The notes below the pieces were generated by a model. It saw only the letters and a list, made by a program, of their open reading frames with translations. It was not told the DNA's origin and did no database searches. Below are positions 60,537-64,000 of a stretch of 64,000 nt of DNA, piece by piece (positions within the stretch are counted from its first letter, which is position 1; each line of letters opens with the position of its first letter). Source of the stretch: a candidate division FCPU426 bacterium. GTDB taxonomy: Bacteria > Oederibacteriota > Muellerivitia > Muellerivitales > Muellerivitaceae. Location: NCBI GenBank assembly GCA_963719085.1, contig CAVRAL010000001.1, forward strand, positions 352,378-416,377, given 5' to 3'. The position numbers and the translations under genes are program-made.

Positions 60537-61305
60537 GCTTTCGTCCCAAACCGCCTGCCCGCGGCGCTTTCGGTTTGTCGCTGTCAGCTTGGCCCTTTGG
60601 TTAGGCTTCGCTCCCTTAGCGGTGATGGCCGGGCAAATTCAAGCCAAACCGACTCCCACCAGCTCCGATGACTCTGCCGATGGCATTCCCAGCAACTATC
60701 CCGAATTGGTGATTGGTCCCGGAGACCTTTTAGATATTCATGTCTATGGGGAAAATGGAAGCGCGGTTTCCAGTTTGGAAGGCGGCGGCGGAGGCACGGA
60801 CGCTTTACCGACGGATTACCAAGTGGATTCGGACGGTGTGATTGTGTTTCCGTTTTTGGGCCGGGTCCATCTCACCGGAAAAACTCCCGCCCAGGCCAGC
60901 GATCTTTTAGCCCGCATGCTCAATAAACCCCGAAAAGTGACCGTTCTTATTAAAGAATCGAATACCTATTGGGTTTCGGTTTTGGGCGATGTGGCCAAAC
61001 CGGGCCGATACCAAATTGTGGGGCAACCGACCCTGCTTTCGGCTTTGGCCGAGGCCGGGGGGCCCTTGCCGGACAGCGATTTAGGCGGGACAATTCTTTT
61101 ACATGACGACTTTAAAACCAAACTGAACCTGAATCGTTATTTTAACGGCGAAGGCAAGGTGGACACGGAACCTTACCTATATCCCGGGGATACTCTGATG
61201 ATTCAAAAAAGCGGCTGGCCCACCATCGGCGAAATCGCCATCGTGGCTTCAATTTTAGCCAGTGCCGCCGTCATCACCGTTGAACTTACGAATTTGAGGC
61301 ATTGA
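60502..61305 (+). CDS. wza: polysaccharide export protein Wza/GumB family (PES + SLBB domains)
   Basis: LLDIHVYGENG...VDSDGVIVFPFLGRVHLTGKTPAQASDLL... and YWVSVLGDVAKPGRYQI; exact start uncertain. Confidence 0.7.
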   Translation: MRCFNPETWVNKLSSQTACPRRFRFVAVSLALWLGFAPLAVMAGQIQAKPTPTSSDDSADGIPSNYPELVIGPGDLLDIHVYGENGSAVSSLEGGGGGTDALPTDYQVDSDGVIVFPFLGRVHLTGKTPAQASDLLARMLNKPRKVTVLIKESNTYWVSVLGDVAKPGRYQIVGQPTLLSALAEAGGPLPDSDLGGTILLHDDFKTKLNLNRYFNGEGKVDTEPYLYPGDTLMIQKSGWPTIGEIAIVASILASAAVITVELTNLRH

Positions 61306-62993
61306 TGGAATCCATTTCCCATATCCAGCCCAATGTTGAGGAAGATTTAAACCTGCATGAATTGGCCCGTGTGGCCTTTTCCCACCGCAAAATGATCGCT
61401 TGGGTCACGGGAATCTTCGCGGTGCTCGCCCTGCTTTACGCTTTTCTTTGGCCCAAAACCTATGAAGCCGAAACCACGGTGAAGGTGCCGGATAGTTCAC
61501 AAACGGCCCAAGGGATGCTTCGCCAATTGGTGCCGATGAGCGGAAGCGGCGATCCGATCGAGACCTATGTTGAAATTTGCAGTTCCGCCACCGTGGCGGA
61601 TGAAGTGTCCCAACACTTAGGTTTGGCAGCCAAGCCGGGCTTCGCGAATATGACCGAACAACAAATCATCGGCGCTTTGCTTAAAGGCACCGTGAAAATC
61701 GCGAATGTCAAAACTTCCAACATCATTTCAATCACGGCTCAGTCCCATGATCCCAAATTAGCTTCGGATTTGGCCAATGCTTGGGCGCAAGCTTTTATTG
61801 ATGTGAACTTGAATCTTTCCCATGAAAGCGCTCAATCGAAGCGTGAATTTTTGGAACAACAAGCCAAAGAAATGAAGGCCCGGCTGAATAATCCCGATCT
61901 TCAATTGAATGACGAATCGAAGGCCGATGAAGTGCTCTATGCCCAATTACTTCAAGATCTTCAGCAAGCCCAGATTGAGGAAAAGGTGAATGACGCGGGG
62001 ATCGTCGTTGTGGATCCGGCGGTGGTGCCTGAACGGGCTGTGAGCCCGAAAAAGTCCAGGTCGCTATTACTGGCCTTGATCCTCGGGTTGTTGGCGGGGC
62101 TCCAGGCTGCCTTTCTGCTTGAAAAATTGCGGGATCGAATTATGTCCGAGGAACAGTTGAAGCGGGTGACCCGCTTGCCGAATTATGGTTTGATTCCTGA
62201 TTATCGGGAAGATTATCCAGAAAGCATGGAACCGCCGGCCGAAGGGGAGCGGTTCAGCCCGAAGGTTCTCATTCAGAATCCAGTTTTTCAACATGCCTAT
62301 TACCGGGAAAGCTTCAAAATTTTACGCACCAACTTGATTTTGTCCCAAGCGGATAAGCCTTTAAAAGTATTGGCGGTTCTGTCGCCTGGCGCCGAAGAGG
62401 GAAAAACACTGGTCAACGCCAACTTGGCGATCTCTTTGGCGCAAAATGGAAAAAAAGTTTTGTTGGTGGATGCGGATTTTAGAAAGTCCTCCGTGCGAAA
62501 AATGTTCGGAACGCCTAATGGAAAAGAATCAGGTTTGCCCCTGGCCCTCGCGGGGCAACAGGATTGGCGGAGCATGATTCAGCCTTCCGGTGTGGAAGGG
62601 CTTGAGCTTTTAGCCAATATGGTCACCCCACCCAATCCGGCTGAACTTTTAGGCAGTGAATTCCTCAAACGGCTCATCGGCGAATTCAAGGCCGCTTATG
62701 ATTACGTGATTTTCGACGGCGCTCCCATTTTGCCGGTGACCGATTCGGTGGTTCTTTCGACTCAGCTGGACGGCGTCGTGTTGATGGCCCGCTGGGACAA
62801 AAGCCATTCCGGTGATGTGACGAAGTCCTTGGAGCATCTGAAGGCGGTGGGAACGAACGTGGTGGGAACCCTGCTCAACTGCGTCAACACCAAGGCGGCT
62901 TATTACGGTTTGCGTTATGGCTATAACGGATACGCCTACGGCAACTACCGTTACGCCGAAAAAGAAGAAGGATCGAAGGCGGTTAAAAAATGA
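61305..62993 (+). CDS. wzc: polysaccharide co-polymerase / BY-kinase (Wzc-like) with C-terminal Tyr cluster
   Basis: Wzz N-domain, Walker A AVLSPGAEEGKTLVNANLAISLA, DxD, C-terminal YYGLRYGYNGYAYGNYRY; TGATG overlap with wza. Confidence 0.85.
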   Translation: MESISHIQPNVEEDLNLHELARVAFSHRKMIAWVTGIFAVLALLYAFLWPKTYEAETTVKVPDSSQTAQGMLRQLVPMSGSGDPIETYVEICSSATVADEVSQHLGLAAKPGFANMTEQQIIGALLKGTVKIANVKTSNIISITAQSHDPKLASDLANAWAQAFIDVNLNLSHESAQSKREFLEQQAKEMKARLNNPDLQLNDESKADEVLYAQLLQDLQQAQIEEKVNDAGIVVVDPAVVPERAVSPKKSRSLLLALILGLLAGLQAAFLLEKLRDRIMSEEQLKRVTRLPNYGLIPDYREDYPESMEPPAEGERFSPKVLIQNPVFQHAYYRESFKILRTNLILSQADKPLKVLAVLSPGAEEGKTLVNANLAISLAQNGKKVLLVDADFRKSSVRKMFGTPNGKESGLPLALAGQQDWRSMIQPSGVEGLELLANMVTPPNPAELLGSEFLKRLIGEFKAAYDYVIFDGAPILPVTDSVVLSTQLDGVVLMARWDKSHSGDVTKSLEHLKAVGTNVVGTLLNCVNTKAAYYGLRYGYNGYAYGNYRYAEKEEGSKAVKK

Positions 62994-64000
62994 ATCCGGC
63001 GAATTTGTTCTTTTTCGCCATTGGTATCTTGTCGAATCTTGTCCTGACCCCGCTATTTATCCGCTTCGCCCGCCGCCACGGTTTGGTCGATATGCCAGGC
63101 AACCGCAAAATTCACGAAAAACCCGTTCCGTTTTTGGGCGGTGCCGCCATCCTTCTTTCCATTCTGATCTCGGTTTTTACTGGCTTGGCTTTGCTTGGGC
63201 CTGTTCTTGATTTGACTCCCGAAAGGGAAGCGAAGATGTTGTTGGTTTTGTCGGTCACGACTTTGGCCGGGTTGCTTGGATTTTTTGACGATCTTTATGA
63301 TTTAAAACCCCGCTACAAGCTTCTTTTTCAAACCCTTCTTTTCGGCACCTTTACCATCATAGGTTTTCATTTCCAATTCATGCATATTCCGGGTTTGGCA
63401 CCCTTTGATATGTCGCTCTTTGGGATTCCATTAACTTTGGTTTGGATTTTGGCGGTGGTAAACGGATTTAATTTCATGGACGGGGTGGATGGTTTGGCCG
63501 GTTCGGTTTCGGCCGTTGTGTTTTTAGGAATCGGCGTGACCTCGATGATTTTGAAAGGGCCCAATCACGTGGGCACGATTTGGCTGGCGGCCTTGGGCGC
63601 GGTTTTGGTATTTCTCTTTTTTAATTGGAAACCGGCTAAAATTTATTTGGGCGACGCTGGTTCCAACGCTTTAGGCGCCTTGGCGGCGACATCGCTCGTG
63701 ACATTGGGCCAAGGCAAGCCCTTCCTTTTGGACCTTTTTGATGGTGGAGGTCTTGATCCTCAGCCGATTGAAGAACCCTATCGCTTTCAGTTTTTAGTGG
63801 CGACCCTCATCGTGGGATATCCTTTGGTGGAAGTGGTTCTCTCGACATTGCGTCGAGGGGTGAAACGATTCTTTTTGGGCCGTTCATTGGAATGGTCTGA
63901 GCAAGAGCATTTACATCACCAATTACTGAAGATGGGGCTTAAGGCTGACTCCATCTGTGTTTGGGCGATCTTGTTTCAAGGGCTTCTCACCTCAGCGGCG
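62990..64000 (+). CDS. undecaprenyl-phosphate sugar-1-phosphate transferase (GT4 / MraY-WecA family), truncated by window end
   Basis: ATGA overlap with wzc; MNPANLFFFAIGILSNLVLTPLFIRFARRHGLVDMPGNRKIHEKPVPFLGG typical WecA/TagO N-terminus; no stop in window so absent from ORF track. Confidence 0.75.
   Translation, partial: MNPANLFFFAIGILSNLVLTPLFIRFARRHGLVDMPGNRKIHEKPVPFLGGAAILLSILISVFTGLALLGPVLDLTPEREAKMLLVLSVTTLAGLLGFFDDLYDLKPRYKLLFQTLLFGTFTIIGFHFQFMHIPGLAPFDMSLFGIPLTLVWILAVVNGFNFMDGVDGLAGSVSAVVFLGIGVTSMILKGPNHVGTIWLAALGAVLVFLFFNWKPAKIYLGDAGSNALGALAATSLVTLGQGKPFLLDLFDGGGLDPQPIEEPYRFQFLVATLIVGYPLVEVVLSTLRRGVKRFFLGRSLEWSEQEHLHHQLLKMGLKADSICVWAILFQGLLTSAA

Overview
GC-rich bacterial chromosomal window with AT-rich intergenic loops and about 45 protein genes. 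The six-frame track omits ORFs that run off the window edges (rlmN on the minus strand at the 5' end; a wecA/MraY-family gene at the 3' end).

Gene content, in order:
- Housekeeping genes: rlmN (minus strand, partial), hisG (long form) with a TPR gene, a GT2 polyprenol-phosphate glycosyltransferase, a 530-aa hypothetical, dut, a cytoplasmic GH5, an LpoA-like lipoprotein, hisS, aspS, a LysM protein, the phoH-ybeY-corC cluster, a PHP-family phosphatase, era, and a short pyruvate kinase.
- A complete pyrR-pyrB-pyrC-carA-carB operon with a textbook PyrR attenuator leader.
- A cell-envelope block: a 1618-aa GH116-like surface protein carrying perfect tandem repeats and a C-terminal sorting-like domain, a GT-C/PMT-like membrane glycosyltransferase with TPR repeats, a SpoIID-like protein, and a membrane-anchored alpha-2-macroglobulin with the thioester motif followed by PBP1C.
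- Small secreted proteins, an acyltransferase, a CobA-like adenosyltransferase, a two-gene operon ending in a secreted HExxH protein, and a CBM-GH5 secreted enzyme.
- queE-queC and a wza-wzc-GT4 exopolysaccharide export cluster.

The most unusual content is non-coding: a dispersed, orientation-specific family of long inverted-repeat elements. Their arms are tandem 8-mers (consensus NCTTGGCG x3 + GTGAAA) and each ends 14-90 nt upstream of a start codon. There are at least 10 copies, including one between every gene of the pyr operon. Three copies carry the same ~70-nt inserted module in the left arm. Related hairpins are built on the same plan from different short units. Two further repeat families are present, one of them MITE-like with terminal inverted repeats. 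No CRISPR array, rRNA or tRNA genes, or recognisable defence system was seen.
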